The notes under the pieces were generated by a model. It ran no database searches and was not told the DNA's origin. It saw only the letters and a list, made by a program, of their open reading frames with translations. From Gammaproteobacteria bacterium (GTDB lineage: Bacteria > Pseudomonadota > Gammaproteobacteria > Ga0077536), in assembly GCA_021773835.1 (NCBI GenBank), contig JAJFJQ010000062.1:314599-378598 (forward strand): a DNA stretch of 64,000 bases, written 5' to 3'. The position numbers were made by a program, and so were the translations under genes. Each line of letters begins with the position of its first letter. The stretch's first letter is position 1. Below, piece by piece: positions 29,301 through 38,439 of the stretch.

Positions 29301-32300
29301 ACTGTGTGGATTCGCGTTGTTGGCAAATCCGCCGTGGCCGAGTTGGACGTAGGCTTCACTTGCGCTGCCGCCAGTAAAATTGATATCAGCGGCATTGGTG
29401 ATCGTGATCGCCCCGGTACTGGCGCCATCCGAGTTCAACCCGCCGTGGCCGAGTTGGGCGTAAGCGCTCCGTTGCCCGGCTTGGAATTGAAGGTCGGCAC
29501 CGCTAGCGATCGTGATATCGCCCGTGTGAATACCAGGTGACACGCTGCCCCCATGTCCCACTTGCGCATAGGCGTCGCGAGCGCCCGCGACGAATGCGAT
29601 TGTGCCAAGCGCGTCGAGATTAATACTACCGCCATGGTCGCCGCTGGTCACACGGCCGCCATGTCCAATCTGGGTGAAGGCGTAGCGGGCAGTACCGGCG
29701 TTGCCGGAAATGTCGGTAGTCGAACTGATCGCGATGTCGCCGCTGTGGTCGCCATCGCTGTCATAACCGCCGTGACCGATTTGGGCGTGGGCGCGTTGTC
29801 CGTTGCCGGCGACGAGCGAAACTTGCCCGGTGTTACTGAGGTCAATAGCGCCGCTTAAATCGCCGCGACTGAAATTTCCGCCATGTCCGAGCCGGCTATA
29901 GGCATCGGTCGCGTTCCCACCGGTGAATGAGACATCACCGGCAATGCCGATCGCCACGCTGCCATTGTGATCGCCGTCGGCATCGTGTCCGCCGTGGCCA
30001 AGTTGCGCGTAGGCGCGAGTGCCATTGGCGCCCGCGAATGAAACATCACCGACCATGCCGATCGCGATGTTGCCGCTATGTGGCGCGTCTTTCGCGCTAC
30101 GCCCGCCATGGCCAAGTTGGGCGTAGGCATCAGATGCCGCGCCGGCGGTGAAGTTAACGCGACTTGCAGTGACAATGTCGATGTCGCCGGTGTGGGAACT
30201 GCCGTGATTTGATCGTCCCCCGTGACCCAGTTGCGCGTAGGCCTGACGTGCACCAGCAAGAAAGTCGATGTTCACGGCATTGTTGATCACGATTGCGCCG
30301 CTACTTGATCCGTCAGCGTTAAATCCACCGTGGCCGAGTTGTGCATAGGCATCGCGCAGACCGGCTTGGAAAAGAATATCGTCGGCGGTGTTAATCGTGA
30401 TGTCACCACTGTGCGTCCCGCTTGCGTTGCGCCCGCCATGCCCGAGCTGGGCCGCGGCATCACGTCCACCGGCAACAAAGCGAATGTCACGTCCAACGTC
30501 GAGGTCTATGGTGCCGCTGTGATCACCGTCACTATCGTCGCCACCATGGCCGACCTGTGCGTAAGCGCGGCGACCGGTCCCGGCCAGCGCATTGAAATCT
30601 CTCCCAACAGTTATTTGGATGTTGCCGCTTTGATCACCATCTATTTCCGTCGCAGTACTGAAATCGCGTCCACCATGGCCAATCTGGGCGTAGCTATCGG
30701 TGCTGGCGCCAGCCGTTAACGTAAGATCGTTATTGCTTACGATAGCGACCTCGCCGGTAGCGGGACTGTTGGCAATTGACGAGTTGTTGCGAAATCCGAC
30801 CTGAGAAAAGTCACGGCTTGTGCTGCCCGCATTCAAGACTGCATCAAAGCTTGCCAAAGTCGTAACGCCAAAGCGCGAACCCACTGCGATACCAGTCGTC
30901 TGAGTGCCGTCCCCGACGGCGATGCTACCGCCGCTGTTACCGAAGCTTGTAGGTGCGGCCAAGACCGCGCCGACGTCGAGATCGGTAGCCTCGAGCGGTA
31001 CCCCGGCGGTCGCGGCGAGGCCGGTCGTTCCGTCCCAACCTGCGACCAAGCTTACCGCCCCGGTGCCATCATTCTGAATCGAACGGTTGATTTCGAGATG
31101 ACGGTGGGCCACGAGACTGAGATTATTCGCCGCGCCGTAGGCGATTTGTTCGGATACGCGAATGTCTCCGCTTTCGCCATCGCTACCGCTGGTGTGCACG
31201 ACAACGTTGTTGGTGGCGAGTGCTGTGGTGATGCTGGCAGCGGTGATCGTTGAAGCACCGGCGAGGGTCGCAGCGCCAGAGGTGACTTCGACATTGTTCG
31301 GGTCGAGCACCAGGGTCCCGCCTGCCGTGTCGACGCGGCCTTCGAAGACAAGTGTATCCACGCCCGAGATATGCACCTGGCCCTGATCTGGCGCGTTGAT
31401 TTCGCCGGTAAACTCGGTGGTATCGTCGGAATACAACGTGACCCGAGCCGGGTCCGATTGCGTGCCGCCATTTGCCTCGATCGTGCCCGCGACCGAGTTG
31501 ATGCCGCGCGCTGCCGACAGTAGGATTCGGCCGCCGGCTTGGGTCGCGCCAGTGGCTCGGATCACACCACTATGGTTGATCGCGAGCGCATAGGGATTGT
31601 CACCGGCGGCTTTAAGTTCCGCGCGGGCGGCGGCGATAAGTCCTGCGTTATCGATGCTGCCGCCTAGTGAACTCAGACGTACTGATAGCGCGCCGGATTC
31701 GCCAGTCGTGAGCAACACATCGTGACCGGCGCCAAAGCCAACGGTTCCGTCAGACGCCTCGATGCTGCCGTGATTTTCAATACGATGGGCGATCAAATAG
31801 ACGTTGCCACCGGCCGCAGCGATATGACCGAGATTGATGATGGTCGCTTCAGTGTCTCCGGTGAAATTCAGATCACCACCACGAAGGAATTCAATGTTGC
31901 CGACGTCCAGGGTCGAGGCGACAAAACTTTGCGTGTTGATCACGCCACCTGGGCCAACGACGATCCCATTTGGATTAACCAGATAGACCTGTCCATTCGC
32001 GGTTAAGGTGCCGTAAATTTGGCTCAGCGCGCCGCTCGTGACGCGATTTAAAACGGCGGCGTTGGAAGAGGGTTGGATGAATTGGGTCGTTTCGCCGGCC
32101 GCGATCGAGAAGTCTTGCCAATGGATGATGGCCCGTCGACTGCTTTGATGGATCTGCAGATGCGCCGGTCCGCCACTGATTGCGATATCGCCGTGCACAA
32201 CGTCGGCGCCGGTTGGCGCTGCAACCACGCCAAGCGGTCCACTGAGGGCGAGCCCTAATAGGATGTTGCGGAACCGTTGCATTTGCCTGTTTATGTGCAT
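26325..32300 (-). CDS. TpsA filamentous-haemagglutinin-family exoprotein with tandem YAQ(L/I)GHGG repeats
   Basis: Signal peptide after ATG 32300/32282; TPS domain IIHWQDFSI..VLNRV..SQIYG.L.ANGQVYLVNPNG; LVLDPNN; adjacent TpsB. The ORF-track start at 32471 overlaps pit and is unlikely. Confidence 0.9.
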   Translation of the reverse strand: MHINRQMQRFRNILLGLALSGPLGVVAAPTGADVVHGDIAISGGPAHLQIHQSSRRAIIHWQDFSIAAGETTQFIQPSSNAAVLNRVTSGALSQIYGTLTANGQVYLVNPNGIVVGPGGVINTQSFVASTLDVGNIEFLRGGDLNFTGDTEATIINLGHIAAAGGNVYLIAHRIENHGSIEASDGTVGFGAGHDVLLTTGESGALSVRLSSLGGSIDNAGLIAAARAELKAAGDNPYALAINHSGVIRATGATQAGGRILLSAARGINSVAGTIEANGGTQSDPARVTLYSDDTTEFTGEINAPDQGQVHISGVDTLVFEGRVDTAGGTLVLDPNNVEVTSGAATLAGASTITAASITTALATNNVVVHTSGSDGESGDIRVSEQIAYGAANNLSLVAHRHLEINRSIQNDGTGAVSLVAGWDGTTGLAATAGVPLEATDLDVGAVLAAPTSFGNSGGSIAVGDGTQTTGIAVGSRFGVTTLASFDAVLNAGSTSRDFSQVGFRNNSSIANSPATGEVAIVSNNDLTLTAGASTDSYAQIGHGGRDFSTATEIDGDQSGNIQITVGRDFNALAGTGRRAYAQVGHGGDDSDGDHSGTIDLDVGRDIRFVAGGRDAAAQLGHGGRNASGTHSGDITINTADDILFQAGLRDAYAQLGHGGFNADGSSSGAIVINNAVNIDFLAGARQAYAQLGHGGRSNHGSSHTGDIDIVTASRVNFTAGAASDAYAQLGHGGRSAKDAPHSGNIAIGMVGDVSFAGANGTRAYAQLGHGGHDADGDHNGSVAIGIAGDVSFTGGNATDAYSRLGHGGNFSRGDLSGAIDLSNTGQVSLVAGNGQRAHAQIGHGGYDSDGDHSGDIAISSTTDISGNAGTARYAFTQIGHGGRVTSGDHGGSINLDALGTIAFVAGARDAYAQVGHGGSVSPGIHTGDITIASGADLQFQAGQRSAYAQLGHGGLNSDGASTGAITITNAADINFTGGSASEAYVQLGHGGFANNANPHSGDIDITLAADINFGAGTANDTYAQLGHGGRAARGAAHSGAITLGVVSDINFVSTNRTRAYTQLGHGGHDADGDHNGNIAIGSAGVINFSGGDGSQAYSQLGHGGYASRGDLSGSIDIGMSTMVNLQSGDALRSFSQIGHGGYDSDGDHVGDIDINTSGAIDASAGNAVDAYTQIGHGGRSSRGDVNGAITLSAIGDINFSANNNDRAFAQLGHGGYDSDGDHGGMIAITAANNITFTGGNDVDTYAQLGHGGRSSNVNTADTIGLMNVNDITFNAGSGARAYAQLGHGGWSSQGARTATVSIDGANDISFNAGGGRQAYAHLGHGGYNADGNQGGTVSLIRINDININAGAGRDAYAQLGFGGGANNRDHSGIVDISDSGSITVAAGAGRDAYAQIGNGGRSATGDHNGAITLDNIGAVSLTGGNGIQSYAQIGNGGYNADGAHGGMLNLRLSSDDLDLGGGSGTNAYSQIGHGGNASGGTKTGDITIQGVADASIMAGANTRSQASIGHGGYDADGARSGDIRLETSGTTMFVGAAGNAAYAQLGHGGRSSDGDSSGSITLTAAALDLMGGVGAGNDKYAQIGHGDAGTATGLALGNGARSGDIDITVSGETSLENGSASRSIWRIGHNTSTAGAIAGADVSLTTQTLDNIKGPGAPTAIMDQDFADKFEHNLSGGNVTVSATDAGANLINNGIWDYASSNALALISGADMAVNQRITNAGAGTIELRFGQSIGATFDLVDAVTTSTDVFISGGAGNDVFTLPDGLDTFFPGHYVIDGGAGSETLALVDASDADGEAYTLSNTQLLKGSTIIDYMNFEAMSLATGAGEDTVNVIELASLAMSLDGGSPGTAPGDTLSVIGFELLPGAPGTGTVDPLISYTDFETINFAALPRPVVPLPPTTMVAPPLATAPFPADQSDGLLASFQAAQQNDTRIATTTSASGGQVFLRSNLPQSEFPLRLELGEATPDPWLSWSSTFDDIDGEEAIYSTP
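27540..30695 (-). repeat. About 29 tandem ~37-codon repeats inside TpsA
   Basis: Counted 29 copies of (A/S)YAQ(L/I/V)G(H/N/F)GG-x(3)-DGDHSG-x-I-x-I-x(4)-I-x-F-x-AG in the translation, degenerate at DNA level. Confidence 0.9.
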
Positions 32301-32454
32301 TCGAAAAATTCGGATAGGTGACCAGCCAGAAGCTACAGGTTTGTCGAGACAAAGACCTTCGAGTAGTCCGCTTTTTCGCGGGAAAATGAAAAATTTTATG
32401 TCTTTTAGGGGGTTAAATGCAGTGGAGGGGCCATCCCGGCCACAACTCGAACCG

Positions 32455-33711
32455 TCAGGAGAGCGTCGCACGAAGTAGGTAAAAGAAAATGATCGATAGA
32501 ATTGCGCCCGCTGGGATGGTCACGATCCAAGACAAAAATATGCGGCCGACGACTCCTAGATCGATGGCGGAGAATCCGCGCGCCATGCCGACTCCAAGAA
32601 CTGCGCCAACTAAAGCGTGGGTGGTTGAAACCGGCATACCCGTACCGGAGGCAAATACGATGGTGAACGAGGCTGCGAACTCCGCTGAAAATCCCCGGCT
32701 TGGGGTCAGCTCCGTTATGCGGCTGCCGACCATCGCGATGACTCGACGACCGTAGGTCGCAAGCCCGACAACAATGCCGATCCCGCCGAGTGCGAGGACC
32801 CAGATCGGCATTCCCGCCTTCTGCGTGACCTCGCCGGTCTGCGCGATACTCAGGATTGCCGCAACCGGCCCGATTGCATTCGCGACATCGTTCGATCCGT
32901 GGGCAAACGCCATACCGCATGCCGTGAAGATCATCAAAACGGCGAACACACGTTCGACCGTATGGAAGTGAAATTCCCGATCGGCGCGTTCGTCAACCGG
33001 GATCCGCAAGATGAACCATCTACCGATCAGCGCAACTACGCCGCCGCAGATCGCAGCTACCATGTAGCACTCGGACGTAGTTAAAGCTTGCCCGAGGTTA
33101 ATGTGCTTCAGTCCTTTGAACATCGTAACCAAGGAAATCAGAAAGACGGTCAAAAAGATGTATATAGGTGCGTACCGGCGAGCGCGTTCGAGCGGGTTCT
33201 CGCGCGTTAGAATCAGCCACGTGATTGAATTAAAAACCAGATAGGCGACGATGCCGGAAAACAGCGGTGACGCGACCCAACTCGCAACAATGATCGCAAC
33301 CTTGGTCCACTTAACGGCCGAAAAACCCACAGCGACAACGGAAAACCCAATGATTGCTCCTACGATGGAATGGGTGGTCGATACTGGCCAACCATTGCGC
33401 GATGCGATCATCAGCCAGGTGCCGGTCGCTAAGAGTGAGGCGAGCATGCCGTAGATCAATATTTCCGGCTGCGCCGCGAAGTAGGCGCTATCAACCATGC
33501 CCTTGCGAATCGTTGCCGTCACTGCTCCGCCGGCGAGTACTGCGCCTGCGAATTCGAAAATTGCCGCGACGAATAAGGCTTGCTTGATCGTTAGGGCGCG
33601 CGACCCAATTGAGGTCGACATCGCATTGGCGACGTCATTCGCACCGATACCCCAGGCGGCGAACAGGCCGAAGGCTCCTGCCAGCGCAAGATACAGAAAT
33701 TCATGCTCCAT
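32455..33711 (-). CDS. Inorganic phosphate transporter (PiT family)
   Basis: GANDVANAM, PVSTTHSIVG, HGSNDVAN and PVSTTH duplicated signatures. Confidence 0.95.
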   Translation of the reverse strand: MEHEFLYLALAGAFGLFAAWGIGANDVANAMSTSIGSRALTIKQALFVAAIFEFAGAVLAGGAVTATIRKGMVDSAYFAAQPEILIYGMLASLLATGTWLMIASRNGWPVSTTHSIVGAIIGFSVVAVGFSAVKWTKVAIIVASWVASPLFSGIVAYLVFNSITWLILTRENPLERARRYAPIYIFLTVFLISLVTMFKGLKHINLGQALTTSECYMVAAICGGVVALIGRWFILRIPVDERADREFHFHTVERVFAVLMIFTACGMAFAHGSNDVANAIGPVAAILSIAQTGEVTQKAGMPIWVLALGGIGIVVGLATYGRRVIAMVGSRITELTPSRGFSAEFAASFTIVFASGTGMPVSTTHALVGAVLGVGMARGFSAIDLGVVGRIFLSWIVTIPAGAILSIIFFYLLRATLS

Positions 33712-33717
33712 TAGTCG

Positions 33718-34398
33718 TTAGTGTGACAGTAGCAATTCTAGACGGTGGCCGATGCGTTCTGCGAGGTCGCCGGTTTCACCGATGAGTTCAATCACTCGAT
33801 AGAGAAACATCACATTGACGGGAGGCAGATCTTTCTCGATCTGAAATAGACCATGTCGAATGTCTGATTGCATGTCGTCCGTTTCATTTTCAAGCGAGCC
33901 AAGCTCGCTGAGTAAGGTTTCGACCCTCGACACTTCAGTGCCGCGGAATCCGGTTTCGTACAACTCATCCAATTCGTTAACGCATTCTAGCGCTTTTCGC
34001 GCGGCGTCTTGATTGCGCGATACAAAGGCGATGAAATCCGCTTGTAGTGGCTGCGGAATCTCTATCCGTCGTCCAACCACCAGACCTGATATATCGCGGG
34101 CGTTGTTCGCGAGCAGATCTTGCACTAATAACAGATCGAGTAGATCGGCACGCGGTACCGGCATCAACATCTTTTTCGGTAGTTGGCTCCTGATGTCGCG
34201 CTTAAGGGCGTCGGCTTTTTTTTCCCAATCGACGATGCGGTTTCGTGACTCGTCCACCTTTCCCCAGTCACCCGCAACGACAGACTCGAAAAAAGGCGTT
34301 AACTCGGCAGTCGCGGCGGCACATGCCGACATGTGCTTTTGCAACGGTGCAACCGGTGAAGTTCCAAAAAGTTTGCTGATATAGTTTGACAATGGAAT
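33718..34398 (-). CDS. DUF47/TIGR00153 PiT accessory protein (PhoU-like)
   Basis: LFGTSP..PLQKHM, EKKADALKR.IR..LP...MPV.R.DLL and PPVNVMFLY motifs; upstream of pit; start uncertain (ATT 34398 or TTG 34392). Confidence 0.88.
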   Translation of the reverse strand: MPLSNYISKLFGTSPVAPLQKHMSACAAATAELTPFFESVVAGDWGKVDESRNRIVDWEKKADALKRDIRSQLPKKMLMPVPRADLLDLLLVQDLLANNARDISGLVVGRRIEIPQPLQADFIAFVSRNQDAARKALECVNELDELYETGFRGTEVSRVETLLSELGSLENETDDMQSDIRHGLFQIEKDLPPVNVMFLYRVIELIGETGDLAERIGHRLELLLSH

Positions 34399-34408
34399 CG
34401 GGCGATTC

Positions 34409-35311
34409 TTAACCGCACTCGAAGCGCACGGCGCCGCCTGGATCTTCATCCGGTGATGCGCCAAACCCAATCACGCCGCTGCCGTTTAAGACGTCCTCCT
34501 CGCGGCGTAATCGCTTGAGTTTTCCTTCCTCGTCGACCAATACAATTCCATTGACGCTTTCGTCACGAAGATAAAACCTTCCGTTGCGATAGGTGACCTC
34601 CGCGTGTTGGCGCGAGGTAAAATTGCCATTAACCCGCAAATCTGCAGTCTTGCCGCGACCGATGCGGCAGCGTGTCTGCTGGGCATCGACCTGAAAGCTT
34701 GTGCCGTCGTAACTGAGGGTTAACTTGGCTTTCGCTGGAATCATCTGCGCCATCGGAATTGAGCTGATTTGCGTCTCTTCGCCGGTTTGCTCCCACGGGA
34801 TCTTGCAGACCTCAAGTTCGCCATCCCAAGCTTCGGCCTCGATGCGATCGATAGAGTGCCAATTCGGAAACATCGCAGGGGGTAACGCGTCGATGCTTTG
34901 TCGGGTTGTTAAAATTTCGTCGGCCTTGGCGCGTCCGATCACTTGCTGTGCAGTAACCGGTGCCTCCCCAATAATTTCATCACCGCGCCAATTGATCGGC
35001 CCAAAGTGCCAACCAATTTTGATGTGCAAATCGCCCATCTTGAAATCGCCATCTTCGCTGGCTCTGCGCAAACCCGCTTGCATTTCGGTCGATGTGAGGG
35101 CGGCTTTAACCGGGTCTTCAAACGCGCACATGATTTCGTCACCGATCGTCTTGATCGTCTCGCCATCGAGACCGCTTGAGATGTCGGCTAATAGTTGGAT
35201 GCAGGCGGACAGGTCCGCGCGCGCAATCGTGTCGCCATACTGTTCGTATAGGCGTGTGCTGCCGGATACATCTGCGAATAGGATCGCGAGTTTCGTAAGT
35301 GATTTATCCAC
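34409..35311 (-). CDS. Class III adenylate/guanylate cyclase-like domain fused to a C-terminal FHA domain
   Basis: AILFADVSGSTRLYE, IKTIGDEIM; FHA IGRG...SRQHA...D.S.NG. Confidence 0.88.
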   Translation of the reverse strand: MDKSLTKLAILFADVSGSTRLYEQYGDTIARADLSACIQLLADISSGLDGETIKTIGDEIMCAFEDPVKAALTSTEMQAGLRRASEDGDFKMGDLHIKIGWHFGPINWRGDEIIGEAPVTAQQVIGRAKADEILTTRQSIDALPPAMFPNWHSIDRIEAEAWDGELEVCKIPWEQTGEETQISSIPMAQMIPAKAKLTLSYDGTSFQVDAQQTRCRIGRGKTADLRVNGNFTSRQHAEVTYRNGRFYLRDESVNGIVLVDEEGKLKRLRREEDVLNGSGVIGFGASPDEDPGGAVRFECG

Positions 35312-35492
35312 GGAGTTGCCATTTTACACGTCTAGGGCCGGGGTCGGGAATATTTGATCGCTAACCCGGGATGTCCGGCACATCCCCGGTTCGCGGCCCG
35401 CTGCGCTTTCGAACAAAGGCGGTTTCGGCGACAATGCGCGGCGCGTTTGATTCGCGTTTTAGTCGCTAACCGTTAAGGAGGGTCATCGACCG

Positions 35493-37166
35493 ATGGCGCA
35501 ATACGTCTACACCATGAACCGGGTCGGGAAACTAGTGCCACCAAAACGGCACATCCTGCGCGATATCTCACTGAGTTTCTTTCCCGGCGCGAAAATCGGT
35601 GTTCTCGGACTCAATGGCTCAGGAAAATCTACATTGCTGCGCATAATGGCAGGCGTCGATACGGACATCGAAGGTGAGGCAACCCCGCTGAAGGGACTGA
35701 AAATTGGCTATCTGCCCCAGGAGCCGCAACTCGACGATTCTAAGGACGTGCGTGGCAATGTTGAGGAAGGCCTCGGCGAAGCCAAGCGCCTGGTCGATCG
35801 CTTTAATGCCATCAGCGAGCGTTTCGCCGAGCCGATGGATGACGACGAAATGACGGCCTTATTGGACGAGCAAGGCAAGTTGCAGGATCAGATCGATGCT
35901 GTTGGTGGTTGGGAAATTGAGCGCAAGTTGGAAATCGCAGCAGATGCGTTGCGCTTGCCGCCCTGGGACAGCGATGTGAGCACTCTGTCTGGAGGCGAGC
36001 GGCGACGCGTAGCGTTATGTCGCTTGTTATTGTCGGAACCAGAGATGTTGCTGCTTGACGAGCCAACCAATCACTTGGATGCCGAGTCGGTCGCGTGGTT
36101 GGAGCGGTACTTGGAACAATACGCCGGCACCGTCGTCGCAGTAACCCACGATAGGTATTTTCTCGACAATGTGGCGGGCTGGATCTTAGAGCTCGACCGC
36201 GGCCACGGTATTCCGTGGGAGGGGAATTATTCTTCATGGCTGGAACAGAAAGAGGCTCGCCTACAAATAGAGGAGAACCAGCAGGCTGCGCATCGTAAGA
36301 CCATTGAGGCGGAGCTCGAATGGGTGAGATCTAATCCGAAAGGGCGCCAGGCGAAAAGTCGCGCGCGCTTACAGCGCTTCGACGAGTTGCAGTCGAAGGA
36401 ATTTCAGCGACGCAATGAGACCAATGAGATCTACATTCCGCCGGGTCCGCGCCTCGGCGATGTCGTAATCGAAGGTCAGGAACTACAGAAAGGATTTGGC
36501 GAGCGTCTTTTGATTGACGGATTGTCGTTCAACCTTCCGCCAGGCGGAATCGTCGGCATCATCGGTGCGAATGGCGCGGGCAAAACGACACTGTTTAGGA
36601 TGCTGGTCGGCCAAGAGCAAGCCGACGGCGGTGAAATAAAAATAGGCCAAACGGTGCAGTTTGCCTATGTCGATCAAAGTCGCGATTCGCTGGACGATGC
36701 CAAGACCGTGTGGGAGGAGATCTCGGAAGGTCAGGATATTCTTCAGGTCGGCGACTATGAGACGCCGTCACGTGCTTATGTTGGGCATTTCAATTTCCGT
36801 GGTGGCGATCAGCAAAAACGCATCGGTGAGTTGTCTGGCGGCGAGCGCAACCGAGTGCACCTGGCGAAAGTACTGCGCACTGGTGGCAATGTCTTGTTAC
36901 TCGACGAACCGACGAACGATCTGGATATCGAGACACTACGCGCACTCGAAGAGGCGTTACTCAGTTTTCCCGGTTGCGCCGTCGTGATTTCCCATGATCG
37001 TTGGTTCCTCGATCGCATTGCCACCCATATTCTTGCGTTCGAAGGCGACAGCCACGTTGAATGGTTTGTCGGTAACTACCAAGACTATGAAGTCGATCGC
37101 AAACGCCGTCATGGTGACGAGGACCAACCGCATCGAATCAAGTTTAAACCGGTGGTTCGTGCCTGA
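35493..37166 (+). CDS. ettA: Energy-dependent translational throttle protein EttA (ABC-F)
   Basis: [21 protein letters not shown], two ABC domains, [16 protein letters not shown]. Confidence 0.97.
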   Translation: MAQYVYTMNRVGKLVPPKRHILRDISLSFFPGAKIGVLGLNGSGKSTLLRIMAGVDTDIEGEATPLKGLKIGYLPQEPQLDDSKDVRGNVEEGLGEAKRLVDRFNAISERFAEPMDDDEMTALLDEQGKLQDQIDAVGGWEIERKLEIAADALRLPPWDSDVSTLSGGERRRVALCRLLLSEPEMLLLDEPTNHLDAESVAWLERYLEQYAGTVVAVTHDRYFLDNVAGWILELDRGHGIPWEGNYSSWLEQKEARLQIEENQQAAHRKTIEAELEWVRSNPKGRQAKSRARLQRFDELQSKEFQRRNETNEIYIPPGPRLGDVVIEGQELQKGFGERLLIDGLSFNLPPGGIVGIIGANGAGKTTLFRMLVGQEQADGGEIKIGQTVQFAYVDQSRDSLDDAKTVWEEISEGQDILQVGDYETPSRAYVGHFNFRGGDQQKRIGELSGGERNRVHLAKVLRTGGNVLLLDEPTNDLDIETLRALEEALLSFPGCAVVISHDRWFLDRIATHILAFEGDSHVEWFVGNYQDYEVDRKRRHGDEDQPHRIKFKPVVRA

Positions 37167-37196
37167 GCGGCAACGAGACGTACTTTAGGAGACACG

Positions 37197-38381
37197 ATGG
37201 AGGAACAGGTTTTAGCAGGTATCCGTGTGTTGGATTTCGGGCGCTATATTGCCGGACCATTTTGCGGGGCGATGTTGGCGGATTTTGGCGCAGAGGTGAT
37301 CCGCGTTGAAAGGCTAGCCGGTAGTGAAGATCGGTACATGATGCCAGTTGGTGCGGGAGCCGGGGCAAATTTTCTACACTTGGGGCGCAACAAAAAAGGC
37401 ATGACACTCAACCCGATGAAAGCGGAAGGGCAGGCCGTGCTCAAACGCTTGGTGCCGACAGTTGACGTGGTCATCGCAAATTTGCCGCTCCCGACGCTGC
37501 AGGCTATGCAGATCGACTACGACAGCTTGAAGGCAATTAAACCGGACATCATTTTGACGATGGTTTCGGCTTTTGGGATCGACGGTCCGTATTCAGAACG
37601 CGTCGGTTTCGATACCTTGGGGCAGGCCATGTCGGGCGCGATGTACATGACTGGTGACGACGACATGCCGCGGCGTAGCGTAGCACCGTACGTCGATTTT
37701 GGTACGGCCTTGCTGTCTGCCTTCGGCACCATGGCGGCGCTGCGCGAACGTGACAAGACCGGCCGTGGACAGCTGGTGGAATCGAGCCTGTTCTCGACTG
37801 CAATGACGTTTATGAATGCACATCACATCGAACAATCGGTATTGGATCTCAACCGACCACCAATGGGCAATCGCGGCGCCACGGCAGCGCCGGTCGATTG
37901 TTTTAAAACCCGGGACGGTTTCATCTTTGTGCTGGCGATCGGCGATCCGTTGTTCGAGCGCTGGGCCAACCTCATTGGGGCCGAGGACTGGATTGACGAT
38001 CCGCGTTTCGCGAACGACGAAGCCCGTGGCAATAACGCCGATCTGATTTGTGAGCGGATGCAGGGGTGGTGTATTCAGCGCACCAGCGAGCAGGCGTTGG
38101 TCGAGCTTGAAGCCGCCCGGATCCCCGGCGGGCCGGTGAACAATTTAGCCGAGGCGCTTGATGACCCGCACGTCTTGGCGCGCAAACTCCACCAATACGT
38201 CGAGTATCCCGGTGTCGATAAACTCGTACCTTTGATGGACACACCGGTGCGCCTTTCGGTTACCCCTGGTGGGGTTCGCCATCGTGCCCCCATGCTTGGT
38301 GAACACACTGATCAGATACTCGCAGACTTGGGGTTTTCGGCCGACGAAATAAAAGCGTTGCATAAGCAACGGGCGGTCTAA
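37197..38381 (+). CDS. CaiB/BaiF class III CoA-transferase
   Basis: LAGIRVLDF..IAGPF...LADFGAEVIRVE, RNKK, and APMLGEHT motifs. Confidence 0.93.
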   Translation: MEEQVLAGIRVLDFGRYIAGPFCGAMLADFGAEVIRVERLAGSEDRYMMPVGAGAGANFLHLGRNKKGMTLNPMKAEGQAVLKRLVPTVDVVIANLPLPTLQAMQIDYDSLKAIKPDIILTMVSAFGIDGPYSERVGFDTLGQAMSGAMYMTGDDDMPRRSVAPYVDFGTALLSAFGTMAALRERDKTGRGQLVESSLFSTAMTFMNAHHIEQSVLDLNRPPMGNRGATAAPVDCFKTRDGFIFVLAIGDPLFERWANLIGAEDWIDDPRFANDEARGNNADLICERMQGWCIQRTSEQALVELEAARIPGGPVNNLAEALDDPHVLARKLHQYVEYPGVDKLVPLMDTPVRLSVTPGGVRHRAPMLGEHTDQILADLGFSADEIKALHKQRAV

Positions 38382-38439
38382 TGCGAATTGGCTGCGTGCG
38401 ATCCAGGTTCGTAACGCAGCAACTGCCGCTTTGACGCCT

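Noticed and set aside
27540-30695. Regularly spaced DNA repeats (ccgtggccgagttg-like) as a possible CRISPR array
   Set aside because: Period is ~111 bp, in frame, and varies at third codon positions inside a long ORF, so these are coding repeats; no cas genes present.
24488-32300. TpsA/TpsB as a contact-dependent inhibition (CdiAB) system
   Set aside because: No VENN/pre-toxin motif, no toxin-like C-terminus, and no small immunity ORF after tpsA.
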